Positions 1 to 9,162 of a stretch of DNA of 64,000 bases are shown piece by piece. The stretch's first letter is position 1, and every line of letters begins with the position of its first letter. Made by a program: the position numbers and the translations under genes. The notes under the pieces are model-generated. The model saw nothing but the letters and a program-made list of their open reading frames with translations. It did no database searches and was not told the origin of the DNA. Origin of the DNA: a virus (taxonomy: Duplodnaviria; Caudoviricetes); the IMG/VR virus record IMGVR_UViG_3300036987_000420, positions 1 to 64,000 of that record; one strand, written 5' to 3'.

Positions 1-134
1 GGGCCGAGCAGCGAGCGCAGGAAGCGGTCGGCGCCGAGAAGTTGCTCGTCCGCGGACGGACCGGGGGCCCCGCCCGCGACGCCGGCGCCGGGCCGCGGGA
101 ACTCCGGGCAGCCCTGGACCGGGCGCAGGCGGGC

Positions 135-163
135 TTGACAGCGACTCGGGCCGGGCTTATAGT
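135..163 (+). promoter_or_regulatory. sigma70-type promoter of the tRNA gene
   Basis: TTGACA (135-140), 17-bp spacer, TATAGT (158-163), about 55 bp upstream of the tRNA. Confidence 0.85.
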
Positions 164-216
164 CCAGCGCCTGTGAACGCCGGGCGGCAGCGCCTCGGCG
201 CCACGTGACAATCGGC

Positions 217-291
<75 letters not shown>

Positions 292-294
292 TGG

Positions 295-321
295 AAGCCT
301 CGGGAAACCGGGGCTTTTTTG
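295..321 (+). terminator. Intrinsic terminator after the tRNA (phage-supplied)
   Basis: Stem AGCCTCGG-GAAA-CCGGGGCT followed by a T run. Confidence 0.85.
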
Positions 322-350
322 TTCTCGCCCGGCGCCGTCTGCCCCGCAGA

Positions 351-390
351 CAACCCACATTCGGCCCAGGCAACCCACATCGTCACCCAC
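351..390 (+). repeat. Putative integrase arm-type binding sites (left)
   Basis: CAACCCACAT at 351-360 and 371-380, CACCCAC at 384-390; same motif recurs near attR. Confidence 0.65.
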
Positions 391-1567
391 TTTTCTTCCC
401 GGCCAGCTCGAGCAGCCGGCCGACCGCGACGGCCTTCGCGCTCACGTCGACGCCCGCGTAGCGCTGCGTCATCTCCTCCGAGCTGTGCCCCATCTGCGAC
501 CGCAGCACGATGCGGTCCACGCCCGCGTGGACCATCAGCGTGTTGAAGGTCCGGCGCAGGACCTGGGGCGTCACCCGCACGTCGATCTTCGCGGCCTCCG
601 CGGCGAGCCCCAGGGCCTTGTGCAGCGACGCCGAGGTCCGGTGCGTCGCGACATCGGACGGGAACACGAGCCCCGTCTCCAGCCCCGGGTGCTGCTCGGT
701 CACGAGCCAGCGCCGGTGCTCGCGCAGGGCGGTCGCGAGCTCCTTCGTGAGCGCCACCTCCCGCGGCTCGGCCGTCTTCGGCAGGTCCTCGTGCCCCCGC
801 CAGACCGAGCGCCGCACGAGGATCCGCTGGCGCTCCTCGTCGATGTCCGACCAGTGGAGCCCGAACAGCTCTCCCGCCCGCATCCCGGTGAAGGCCAGGA
901 CGAAGGCCTCGGCGTGGCGGTCGGGAGCGAACTGCTTCACCTGGTCGAGCAGGGCGCCGAGCTCCGCGGCCGTGAGCGTCCTCCCCTCGCGCCGGCGCGG
1001 CACGCGAGGGGACGGCGGCCGCACGCGCGCCGTCGGGTCCGTCGGGAGAGACAGCTCCGCGACGGCGTCCCGCACGAGCCCCGTGAGGATCCGCCACCAG
1101 TGCTGCACCGTCTCGCGCGCGTACCGTTCTCCCTCCTCTTCCTCCGGCTTCGGGGGCTTCGTGTGGGTCTCCGCCCACGCGACCCACTCCTCGATGTGGG
1201 TGCGGGTCAGCTCGTCCAACCGGACCTCGCCGATCCGCGACAGGATGAAGTCGGCGAGCACCCGCGTGTACTCAGCGACGACGGACGGGCGGAGCCGCCG
1301 CGCCTTGGCCTCGAGCCACTGCTTCGCGTAGCTGGCGACGGTAGGTTTGGGGGTCGAGGCCGCGGGCTGGGGTTCGCCCGCCGCGGCCAGCGTCTCCCGG
1401 AGCCGCCGCTGCTCCCGGAGCGCCTCGTCCTCCGTCGCTCCCGACGGCAGCGCCGCCGACGTGTCCCTCCGCTTCCCCGTCCGCGGGCAGACGAACGTCG
1501 CCCGCACCCAGAACCGTCCGTCCGGGAGCCGGTAGACCCCCGGGAATCGCGTCTTCCTGCGCTGCAT
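383..1567 (-). CDS. int: Tyrosine recombinase (phage integrase)
   Basis: Motifs TGMRAGELFGL (R), QVLRRTF (H/QxxR), MGHSSEEMTQRY (H..Y); AGGAGA RBS before MQRRKTRF; adjacent to attL. Confidence 0.95.
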   Translation of the reverse strand: MQRRKTRFPGVYRLPDGRFWVRATFVCPRTGKRRDTSAALPSGATEDEALREQRRLRETLAAAGEPQPAASTPKPTVASYAKQWLEAKARRLRPSVVAEYTRVLADFILSRIGEVRLDELTRTHIEEWVAWAETHTKPPKPEEEEGERYARETVQHWWRILTGLVRDAVAELSLPTDPTARVRPPSPRVPRRREGRTLTAAELGALLDQVKQFAPDRHAEAFVLAFTGMRAGELFGLHWSDIDEERQRILVRRSVWRGHEDLPKTAEPREVALTKELATALREHRRWLVTEQHPGLETGLVFPSDVATHRTSASLHKALGLAAEAAKIDVRVTPQVLRRTFNTLMVHAGVDRIVLRSQMGHSSEEMTQRYAGVDVSAKAVAVGRLLELAGKKSG

Positions 1568-1847
1568 GCTGTCTCCTGCAAGCGGCCAGGACGACGCCCG
1601 GAGCACCGTGCACGGCGACGGTACCGCGGTGTGGTCCGGCCAGGCAACGGGCGGTCCAGGCGTCGAGGACCTCGCGGGTGAAGAGGTAGGGCCCGCGCGT
1701 GCCGCGGCGGCCGATGGGAACGAGCTCGCCGCGCTGAACGAGCGCGCGGACCGACGACGGCGCGCCGAGACGCAGGTACGCCGCGGCCTCCTCGGTCGTG
1801 AGGTAGGGGCTGGCCGCCCGGGCGGCGCTGGCGTCGTCGCGCAGCAT
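1272..1847 (-). CDS. xis: Excisionase-like HTH DNA-binding protein with long C-terminal extension overlapping int
   Basis: YLTTEEAAAYLRLGAPSSVRALVQRGEL, HTH_17/MerR-like pattern, directly upstream of int. Confidence 0.7.
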   Translation of the reverse strand: MLRDDASAARAASPYLTTEEAAAYLRLGAPSSVRALVQRGELVPIGRRGTRGPYLFTREVLDAWTARCLAGPHRGTVAVHGAPGVVLAACRRQHAAQEDAIPGGLPAPGRTVLGAGDVRLPADGEAEGHVGGAAVGSDGGRGAPGAAAAPGDAGRGGRTPARGLDPQTYRRQLREAVARGQGAAAPPVRRR

Positions 1848-1849
1848 GG

Positions 1850-2104
1850 TCAGCTCCGGGACCGTGCGGCGGAGACCATGTCGTCCAGCGCGGTGAGGAT
1901 CGCGTCCTCGTCGACCACCGCGCAGTCCGGGACGCGGTCGCCGAAGCCGGCGCGGTTCAGCGCTGAGACCAGGCGCGACAGCCAATCCTCAACGGCGGCG
2001 AGCGGCTCCACGGCGCCGGAGTAGTGCACCGGCACGCTCTGCGCGCTGCGCTCCGGGGCCGGCAGCGCGGCGGTTGCCGCGGTGGGCGAGGGCGAGGGCG
2101 TCAC
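1850..2104 (-). CDS. Hypothetical phage protein
   Basis: GTG start coupled to the upstream stop; part of the leftward operon. Confidence 0.5.
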   Translation of the reverse strand: MTPSPSPTAATAALPAPERSAQSVPVHYSGAVEPLAAVEDWLSRLVSALNRAGFGDRVPDCAVVDEDAILTALDDMVSAARSRS

Positions 2105-2766
2105 GGGGCGGGCTCCGGGGACGGCTCCGGGTTGTGCGCGCGAGCCCACTCCCGCGCCAGCGGCGCCATCTCGCGCATCCGGCGCTCGGCCTCGGCGGCG
2201 CTTGACCCGCGGGCGGCCCACGCGACCAGCGCCTTGGAGGCATACTCCAGGCCGGCGCGGTACGTCGCCATGTCCTCCCACTTGCTGCGGTCGACGCGCC
2301 CCATGTACTCGGCGCACGCCGCGCTGTGCACCATGCCGGCGGGCGTCATCTCGATTGTCAGCATGGCGTCCGGGCCGTCCGCGAATATGCTGTCAGGCTT
2401 GCACGTGACGTTCACGAGCCCGAAACGGCGCTGCGTTTCGAGCACGCAGGACATAGAGAGAGTGCGCGACCGCTGCGTGATTTCCTCCAGCGTCGTGCTC
2501 ATCTGCGCCTCGCCGGTCTCCCACAACCAAAGCGTCATCAGCGCGCCGATTGCGGCCGCCCCCTCGTCGGGCGGGGCGTCGTCCTCTGCGGCCCGCGACA
2601 CGGCGGTCAACCAGTCCATCGTCGCCATGCGCAACCACCGCCCGGACGCCTCCGGCCCCTTCGGAGCCGTCAGGTTTTCGGCCGCCGACACCATCTCCAT
2701 GATGACCAGCGAGAGGCTCGGGTGCACCGGGCTCCCGTCGCTGTTGCGCAGTTCCTTGACCGCCAC
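2101..2766 (-). CDS. Hypothetical phage protein
   Basis: Strong GAGGGAGGAG RBS before GTG; protein-like composition. Confidence 0.65.
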   Translation of the reverse strand: MAVKELRNSDGSPVHPSLSLVIMEMVSAAENLTAPKGPEASGRWLRMATMDWLTAVSRAAEDDAPPDEGAAAIGALMTLWLWETGEAQMSTTLEEITQRSRTLSMSCVLETQRRFGLVNVTCKPDSIFADGPDAMLTIEMTPAGMVHSAACAEYMGRVDRSKWEDMATYRAGLEYASKALVAWAARGSSAAEAERRMREMAPLAREWARAHNPEPSPEPAP

Positions 2767-2834
2767 GTCTCTCCTCCCTCTCCCGCCCCGGGCTCGCCGG
2801 GGCCCTGGCCCGCCGCGGGGCGGGACCGCGTGTG

Positions 2835-3269
2835 TCACCGCGGATAGCCGACGATGCGCGGGTCCTCGTCGGGCCCGTCGTCGTCATCGGTGCGCCCGCG
2901 AAGCGCCTGCGTCGCCGCGTCCAGCGCCACGCGCAGCTCGCCGATGCAGGCGTCCCACTCGCGCCAGTGCTTCCCGCGGAACTCGGCCATGCACCGCTTA
3001 CTGCGGATGACGCGCCGCCGCAGATCGTCGGCCGCGCGCAGCAGCGACCCCAGGGCCGCCGCGTGCTCGCACGTCAGGGCGCCGCGAACCGCGGCCATCG
3101 ACCCGTAGAGCGTCGCCGCGTCCACGTCGCCGTCCCCGCGCGGGAGCACGAGACCGACGGCGCGCGGGTGCTTCTCGGCGCCGCCCAGGCGCCAGATGTG
3201 CGTGGCTGCGTGGCACGTCCATCCCTGCGCGCGCAGGTACCGGCGCGCTTGTCGTCGCGTGAGTCGCAC
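2835..3269 (-). CDS. Hypothetical protein, N-terminus loosely HicA-like
   Basis: GGGGGAGAG RBS; MRLTRRQARRYLRAQGWT..H.W. Confidence 0.55.
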   Translation of the reverse strand: MRLTRRQARRYLRAQGWTCHAATHIWRLGGAEKHPRAVGLVLPRGDGDVDAATLYGSMAAVRGALTCEHAAALGSLLRAADDLRRRVIRSKRCMAEFRGKHWREWDACIGELRVALDAATQALRGRTDDDDGPDEDPRIVGYPR

Positions 3270-3503
3270 GTCTCTCCCCCTCCCCCGCTCCCGCGGGTCC
3301 CGGCCGCGCCGGGGCTACCATCCATATCCGTTGCGGGTCCATACACCACGCAGTTTATGCGGCATCATCCGCGTCCACGTCCGCTTGGCCGGGCGCGTCC
3401 CGCTGCGCCACGGGTGCCCCGCCTCGCGCGCGTCGGCGGCCCATCGTCGGATGCGCCTCGCGACCGTGCCTCTCATCATCCCTCCGTCCCGGCCGCGCCG
3501 GGG

Positions 3504-3710
3504 TCAGGTCACGTCCGCGCGCTCGGGCGCGGGCACCGGCTCGTGCTCGCCGCACCAGTCGTCGGTCGTCACCTCTGGCCACGCCGTCTCGACGCGCACC
3601 CACGTCTGCACCGCCTCCTGCATCGGCACTGGCACAGGCACGGGCGGGCGCAGGCGGCAGATCCCGCGGCTCGTGTCGTAGAACCGGCACGTCTCACAGG
3701 TCGGTCGCAT
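3504..3710 (-). CDS. Small Cys-rich phage protein
   Basis: CETCRFY...CRLRPP...WP.V...DWCGEH, a pattern common in small phage early proteins; GGAGGGAGG RBS. Confidence 0.75.
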   Translation of the reverse strand: MRPTCETCRFYDTSRGICRLRPPVPVPVPMQEAVQTWVRVETAWPEVTTDDWCGEHEPVPAPERADVT

Positions 3711-4782
3711 CGCTGCCTCCCTCCGCGCGCTCGGGCGCGGGCTGGGCGAGGGCGCGGATGTTGTCCGCCAGCCGGGCCGCGACAAGGGCGCGCTCCTCCC
3801 AAAGCAACGCGGCCGCGTGCTCGCCCATCGCGCGGCTCTTGCGCGCGGCGGCCTCGTGCCGGTCGTGCTCGACGTCGCAGAGGTCCTCCGCCGCCGCCCG
3901 CACCGGGCACGCCGGCGGGCACGCCGCGGGCAGGGCGGGCCCCCCCGCCGGCGCGGGCGCCGGGGCGGCGAGGGCGGCGCCGAGCGCCACGTCGAGGGCC
4001 CCGTCTGTCTGGCGGAGGAAGGCGACCCGGCGGGCCTTCGTCGCGGCCCCGTCCGCGATGCGCAGGAGCCGTCGCGCCTCGACGATGCCGCCCCGCAGCC
4101 CCTCCACCTGCGCCGCGAGGGCGCGGGCGCGGGACCGCTCGGCATTCGCGATCTTGCCCGCCTGGAGCGCGTCATTGAGCGCGCTTGCGAAGTCGGCGCG
4201 GGCGTGGCTGCGCTCCTCGATACACATGGACAGCGAGTACTCCAGCGCATCGATCCGGTCGCTGCCGCCGGGGTCGATCTCCAGCCGCGCCCGCGCCTCG
4301 TCCCGCCCCCGCTCCGCCGCCTGCCGGGCCGCGGCCTCCGACTCCGCCCGCTCGCGCCACAGATCGGCCGATGTCCGCAAAGATCTCGCTCGGCGCTCGC
4401 CGGCCTCGCGGACAGCATCGATGTTGGCGAGCGCCTCGTCCCGCTCCCGCTCGGCCGCCTGCGCTCGCCCCCACTGGAGATCGATCAGGACCTGCGCGGA
4501 TTCCCGGGCCGCGGCCTCCCGGTCGGCGCGGGCCGTCTGCGCCGCGAGCGCCGTCTCCGCCGCGTGCCGCCCGATCAGTGCCTCGGCATAGCGGACGATG
4601 CGCGTGACGCCCGCCTCCTCCTCCGGCGAGAGGTCGTCCGGTACGTCCTCGGGCCCGACGGCGGTGTCCACGTCGTCTTCGTCGTACAGCGCGAGCAGCG
4701 CCGCCCCGACGCGCGCGCGGTCGTCCGCCGTCATCGCCGCGATGCGGTCGCGCATGGCCTGGACTCGCTCACTCGTCCCCAT
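3694..4782 (-). CDS. Hypothetical coiled-coil protein
   Basis: Long Ala/Glu/Arg-rich helical ORF, coupled in the operon. Confidence 0.6.
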   Translation of the reverse strand: MGTSERVQAMRDRIAAMTADDRARVGAALLALYDEDDVDTAVGPEDVPDDLSPEEEAGVTRIVRYAEALIGRHAAETALAAQTARADREAAARESAQVLIDLQWGRAQAAERERDEALANIDAVREAGERRARSLRTSADLWRERAESEAAARQAAERGRDEARARLEIDPGGSDRIDALEYSLSMCIEERSHARADFASALNDALQAGKIANAERSRARALAAQVEGLRGGIVEARRLLRIADGAATKARRVAFLRQTDGALDVALGAALAAPAPAPAGGPALPAACPPACPVRAAAEDLCDVEHDRHEAAARKSRAMGEHAAALLWEERALVAARLADNIRALAQPAPERAEGGSDATDL

Positions 4783-5221
4783 CGCGCACATCCCCCGCCG
4801 CGCGGGCGGCCCGCGCCAAGTCTCGCTCGCGCCCGGCGAAGCAGTGTTCGCAAACGAGCGCCGAGTCATAGTCTCCGGCGCGTTTCCGGTCTCCGGGCCA
4901 CAACGGGCCGATGAATTCGAGCGCGTCGCTGAAGAAGTAGGCAGACCCGATCATGTCGCCGCCGTGGAACGGCCAGCGCCGGACGCGATACCATCCGGAA
5001 CGGAGCGTGCGCTGATGATGGTCCGCGTTCGTCGGGTAGAAGACGACGATGCGCCCAAGGTCGCCGTCAGACGCGAGCCCATCGTAGCTTTCCTCGCACA
5101 GGCCACAGACCTCGCGGCTGTCGGAGTAGCAGTCTCCGCAGACATCCTCTCCGTCTACGGCGCCGCCCGTCTCGTCCGGGTCGTATTCCTCGCCGCACTT
5201 CGGGCACACGCGCTTGCTCAC
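4769..5221 (-). CDS. Multi-CxxC zinc-binding hypothetical protein
   Basis: CPKC, CGDC, CGLC, CEHC motifs; GTG start overlaps the upstream stop. Confidence 0.7.
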   Translation of the reverse strand: MSKRVCPKCGEEYDPDETGGAVDGEDVCGDCYSDSREVCGLCEESYDGLASDGDLGRIVVFYPTNADHHQRTLRSGWYRVRRWPFHGGDMIGSAYFFSDALEFIGPLWPGDRKRAGDYDSALVCEHCFAGRERDLARAARAAGDVRDGDE

Positions 5222-5769
5222 TTCGTCGTCTCCGTCTCCGCCGCGCGGGCGGCCCGCTCCCGGTCGTCTCCGATCTCGCGGAGCATGTCGCCGAGGTCGC
5301 GCAGCGCATCCACGACGACGGCCGGTGCGTCCCCGCGCGTGACGAGCGGGTCCAGCCGGTCGTGCGCCGTAGCCATCGCCCGGACGACCGCCTCCATGCG
5401 GCCAGACATCCCGGGCGGGTCCCATCCGTCGTCGCAGGTTCCGAGGGCGGTCAGGCCCGGCGTCAGGGCGGCCAGCGCCGCGCTCGTGGTGTCGGCGCGC
5501 TCGGCGACGACGTAGCGCCCGCCCTGCCACACCCGCGCGACCCGGCCGCGGCCCTCGCGCTGGACAACGACGCAGGCGTCGGCGGTCACGGTGCAGGGCA
5601 CGACCGGCGCGCCGACGCGCTCGGCCCACAGGCCCCACGTGCGGCCGTGCGAGCGGTCGCCGGGCTGGTCGGTCGGGCGGGCGGCGCGACACTCCTCGAG
5701 CAGCTCGCGATCGTCGTCCGTGGCCACGCGCTCGACGTAGGCGCGGATGGCGTCGATGCTGTTGCTCAC
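5218..5769 (-). CDS. Hypothetical phage protein
   Basis: Translationally coupled (GTGA overlaps) on both sides. Confidence 0.6.
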   Translation of the reverse strand: MSNSIDAIRAYVERVATDDDRELLEECRAARPTDQPGDRSHGRTWGLWAERVGAPVVPCTVTADACVVVQREGRGRVARVWQGGRYVVAERADTTSAALAALTPGLTALGTCDDGWDPPGMSGRMEAVVRAMATAHDRLDPLVTRGDAPAVVVDALRDLGDMLREIGDDRERAARAAETETTK

Positions 5770-7355
5770 GCGCTCATCTCCTCTGCCCGCTCCTCGACCC
5801 AGACGCCCTCGCCGCCGAGGATGAAGCTCATCCCCGCGTCGACGGCGAGCAGCGAGCGGCCGATGGTCTCCGCTATGGCCTGGGCCGCCCCGACCGGGAC
5901 GGCGTTCCCGATGCGCTCCAGCCACGCCCCCTTGCGGCGCCCAGCGAGCGTGAGCGGCCGGCCGTCCGGCATCCGCATCGGCAGTCCCTGAAGGGCAGCC
6001 AGCTCGAGCGGCGTGAGCGGCCGGTGCCAGGTTCCGTCCTCCGCGACGATGACCGGCGGCGGGTCGGGGCAGTCGGTGTCGGCCGGGATGCGCGGGTCGG
6101 CGACGGCGGCCGCGCCCGCGTGCACGTCGGCGCTGCCGATGACGGTGCCGGCGGGCTGGTCCCAGGGGAGCACGCCCAGGACGGTGTTCCGCGGCCGGCA
6201 GTCGAGGCGGGCGTCCGCGACGCCGAACACGCAGGAGCGGCCGACGCCCTCCCCGCCGGTCACGGTCGGCGCGGCCTGGTCCCAGCGGACGACGCGGTAG
6301 GCGCCCGGCCGCGGCGCGTGGTCGAGCCGCGGGTCAGCGACGCAGGTCCCCGACGCCGTCGGCGTGCCGCCGCTCGTCACGGCGCCGGCCGTCTCGTCCC
6401 AGCGGGCCACCCGCAGGACGTTGTTGAACGGCACCCGCGGGTCGGCGACGGCAGCCGTGCCGTTGCTGCCGCTCGGGCTGGCGCTGCCGGTGACGGCGCC
6501 CGTGGGCTCGCCCCAGGGCGCGACGCCCATCAGGCCCGGGCGCCCCTTGAAGCGCGCGACGTCCTCCGGGTCGGCCACGACGGCGTACCGGCCCTCTTCG
6601 GGGAGGTCGCGCCAGTCTCCGCCGGCGGGGATGAGGGCGAGCCGCACCCAGGTCCGCCACTGGAGCCGCGGCAGCCGGTGCAGCTCGCCGGCCTCCGGCG
6701 CGTCCGGCAGCGGAATCGCTTCCAGGACCTCGCCGATGCTCCGCACCCGCAGCTTCGGCGGGTGGTAGACGAACGCCGGCACCTGCGGGGCGTGGCGCGC
6801 GATGAGGAGGAAGCGCCGGCGGTGCTGCCCGAGGCCGCCGAGCTCGCCGCAGTCGTGCCCGCCCTCGTGCAGCCGGTAGCCGGCGGCGGAGAGCATCACG
6901 CGCACCTGGTGCAGGAGCTGGGCGCCGCGCGTCTGGATGCGCGGAACGTTCTCCAGGAGCAGCAGCCGCGGCGGCCGGCGCGGCCAGGTCTCCAGGACGA
7001 GGGCGATGCCCTGGAGCACGAGCCGGTTCAGCGCCTGGTACTTCTCGCCCTCGGACGACGCGCGGGAGAGCAGCCCAGAGAAGCCCTTGCAGGGCGGCGA
7101 CAGGAACACCACGTCGGGCGCCTCGTCGCCGGCCGCGGCGCGCAGCTCGTCGGGCGTCATCGTCGCGAGGTCGGCCTGGACCGCCGTCGCGCCGGTGAGC
7201 GCCTCGAAGTCGGCGCAGGCCGCCGGGTCGTTGTCCACCCCGGCGACGCAGCGGAAGCGCGCCGCGGCGTCGAGGTAGCGCGGGCGCGCCGCGGCGAAGC
7301 CCAGCTCGGCGCCCCCGAGGCCGCAGAAGAGGTGCAGGACGGTGTAGGTCTTCAC
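5766..7355 (-). CDS. C5-cytosine DNA methyltransferase with repeated variable-region modules
   Basis: Motif I LFCGLGG, IV SPPCKGFS, VI ENV, VIII QHRRR, X IGNAVP. Confidence 0.92.
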   Translation of the reverse strand: MKTYTVLHLFCGLGGAELGFAAARPRYLDAAARFRCVAGVDNDPAACADFEALTGATAVQADLATMTPDELRAAAGDEAPDVVFLSPPCKGFSGLLSRASSEGEKYQALNRLVLQGIALVLETWPRRPPRLLLLENVPRIQTRGAQLLHQVRVMLSAAGYRLHEGGHDCGELGGLGQHRRRFLLIARHAPQVPAFVYHPPKLRVRSIGEVLEAIPLPDAPEAGELHRLPRLQWRTWVRLALIPAGGDWRDLPEEGRYAVVADPEDVARFKGRPGLMGVAPWGEPTGAVTGSASPSGSNGTAAVADPRVPFNNVLRVARWDETAGAVTSGGTPTASGTCVADPRLDHAPRPGAYRVVRWDQAAPTVTGGEGVGRSCVFGVADARLDCRPRNTVLGVLPWDQPAGTVIGSADVHAGAAAVADPRIPADTDCPDPPPVIVAEDGTWHRPLTPLELAALQGLPMRMPDGRPLTLAGRRKGAWLERIGNAVPVGAAQAIAETIGRSLLAVDAGMSFILGGEGVWVEERAEEMSA

Positions 7356-7612
7356 GCCGCCGTTCCCTTCCCGTCCGTCAGGTCGTCCATCTCGCACTCG
7401 GCCACGTGGTAGAGCGTCGGCGCGTGCCGCAGGTCGAGCGGCCACACGTCGGCCCACTCGACGCAGTCAGGATCGCCGCAGCCGTACATGCACGGCGGCG
7501 GGTTGCGGTTGCCGGACGTGTCCGGGATGTCGCAGACCGTCGGGCCGCCGGCGTAGAACCCGGCCCCCTGACGGACCACTACGCGGTCTCCGACCTTGCG
7601 GCGCGTGCTCAC
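7352..7612 (-). CDS. Small Cys-containing hypothetical protein
   Basis: Coupled GTG start; CMYGCGDPDC. Confidence 0.6.
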   Translation of the reverse strand: MSTRRKVGDRVVVRQGAGFYAGGPTVCDIPDTSGNRNPPPCMYGCGDPDCVEWADVWPLDLRHAPTLYHVAECEMDDLTDGKGTAA

Positions 7613-8064
7613 GTGGCCGCTCCCCTCCAGGCGGCCGGGACGTCCGGCGGCCGGGCGCTCACGAGCGAGTGCGCCTTGCGGCAGTCCGGGCAGGCGAGCA
7701 TGCCGAGGCTCCACCCGAACGCTGGCGCCCAGAGCGCGCGCTCCTCGCCGGTGTCGCGCCCCTTCGCTCTGCGCTCGTGGATGACGGCCTCGTCCGCGCC
7801 GCAGCCGTGGAACTCGCAGACGAGAAGCGGCGGGCGCGTGGCGGGGTCGAGAAGCGCGTACAGCTCTTCGGCGAGCTGCTCGCTCCGCCGGCACCACCGC
7901 ACCAACTCGTCGATGGGCACGTTCGGGCCGTGCGTCTTCTCGCCGACGTAGACGGTCCAGCGCTTCCGGCCCTGCCAGTCGCGCGGGGAGACGATGAGCG
8001 CGATGCCGTTTCGGTACGCGAACCGAACGACCTTGAGCACGTCCATCTGCTGTCGCTTGGACAC
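7609..8064 (-). CDS. Hypothetical protein with possible Zn ribbon
   Basis: GGAGG RBS; CEFHGC...CPDC. Confidence 0.6.
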   Translation of the reverse strand: MSKRQQMDVLKVVRFAYRNGIALIVSPRDWQGRKRWTVYVGEKTHGPNVPIDELVRWCRRSEQLAEELYALLDPATRPPLLVCEFHGCGADEAVIHERRAKGRDTGEERALWAPAFGWSLGMLACPDCRKAHSLVSARPPDVPAAWRGAAT

Positions 8065-8065
8065 G

Positions 8066-8776
8066 TCAGTCCTCCGCGTCGTCACCGCTGCCAGGGGCCC
8101 GGCCGGCGTCCTCGAGGGCCTGCCCCAGGTCGAGCAGTGCCTGCGTCGGGTCCCAGCCCTTGCGCTGGTCGCGCACCGCGCACTGCGCCGGGTAGACGAG
8201 ACCGCGAAGCTGCTCGACCTCCTCCTCGAGCTCGACGACGCGGGCGGGGCGCCGGCGGTGCTCCGGCTGGAGGTCCTCCCCGCGCTCGCGCTCGACCTGC
8301 TCGACCGGCCGGCCCGTGTAGGCGGCCTCGGCGGCGCAGAGCAGCCGGAAGGCCTCCGTGCCCGGCCCGACGAGGTAGCCGAGGTCCGGGTTCTCCTGGG
8401 CCCGGTCGAGCAGGTAGCGGACGGCGTCGTAGAGCGCGTCCCGCGGGTCGAGCCGTCCGACAACGGCGCGACGGATCTGCCCCGGGATGTCGAGGCCGGC
8501 GAGCAGCTCGCCGACGGTGCCGGGGACGACGACGCGGTCGAGCCCCAGGCCGCGGTGTGCCATCCACTCGCCGTCGCCGAACACCTCCTCGACGACGTCG
8601 GCCAGGGGGCGCGCCGTCGTGCGGTCGGAGTGCGCCGTGAGCTGCGCGGCCCGCTCCGGCGTGTACAGCCCGGCCCTCCCGAGCAGGTCCGTGTAGTCGC
8701 ACCCGCCCGGGCCCCACCATCGGCCGCGGCCGGTGCGCCGGTCCCGGTTCACCTCGAGCAGCATCGCGTCGTCCAT
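8066..8776 (-). CDS. Hypothetical phage protein
   Basis: GAGGAG RBS before MDDAMLLEV; fills the operon gap. Confidence 0.6.
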   Translation of the reverse strand: MDDAMLLEVNRDRRTGRGRWWGPGGCDYTDLLGRAGLYTPERAAQLTAHSDRTTARPLADVVEEVFGDGEWMAHRGLGLDRVVVPGTVGELLAGLDIPGQIRRAVVGRLDPRDALYDAVRYLLDRAQENPDLGYLVGPGTEAFRLLCAAEAAYTGRPVEQVERERGEDLQPEHRRRPARVVELEEEVEQLRGLVYPAQCAVRDQRKGWDPTQALLDLGQALEDAGRAPGSGDDAED

Positions 8777-8787
8777 CGTCTCGCTCC

Positions 8788-9162
8788 TCACTCCACCCGG
8801 GCGGTCCATCCGCCGTTCGGCAGGTACAGCGCGTCGCGCCCCAGGGCTGCGCGCGCCACGTGGTAGCGGCTCGCCGCGAGCGCGTACCACTGCGCCGTCG
8901 TCCGAGCTGCCAGCAGGTCCGGCACGGCGGCCAGCAGCTTCTCGGCCGCCGCCTTCGCCCGGGCCACGTCCGGCAGGCAGTTCAGGACCGACCCGCCGGT
9001 CGCCACGTGGGCCACCGTCTGCCCGGCGCTGCCCGGCTTGCGGCCCGGCAGGACCGGCGTGGCGTGGACCGCCAGCGGGCCGCACACCAAAGCGTCCACC
9101 TCGCGGGCGCCCGACTCTCCCCGGATGGTGACGCGGCCCTTCTGCCAGCGGTGCCTGGTCAC
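8788..9162 (-). CDS. Hypothetical phage protein
   Basis: Coupled GTG start at the stop of the upstream gene. Confidence 0.55.
   Translation of the reverse strand: MTRHRWQKGRVTIRGESGAREVDALVCGPLAVHATPVLPGRKPGSAGQTVAHVATGGSVLNCLPDVARAKAAAEKLLAAVPDLLAARTTAQWYALAASRYHVARAALGRDALYLPNGGWTARVE

Noticed and set aside
1-130. Upstream host gene end
   Set aside because: Too short to identify from sequence alone.
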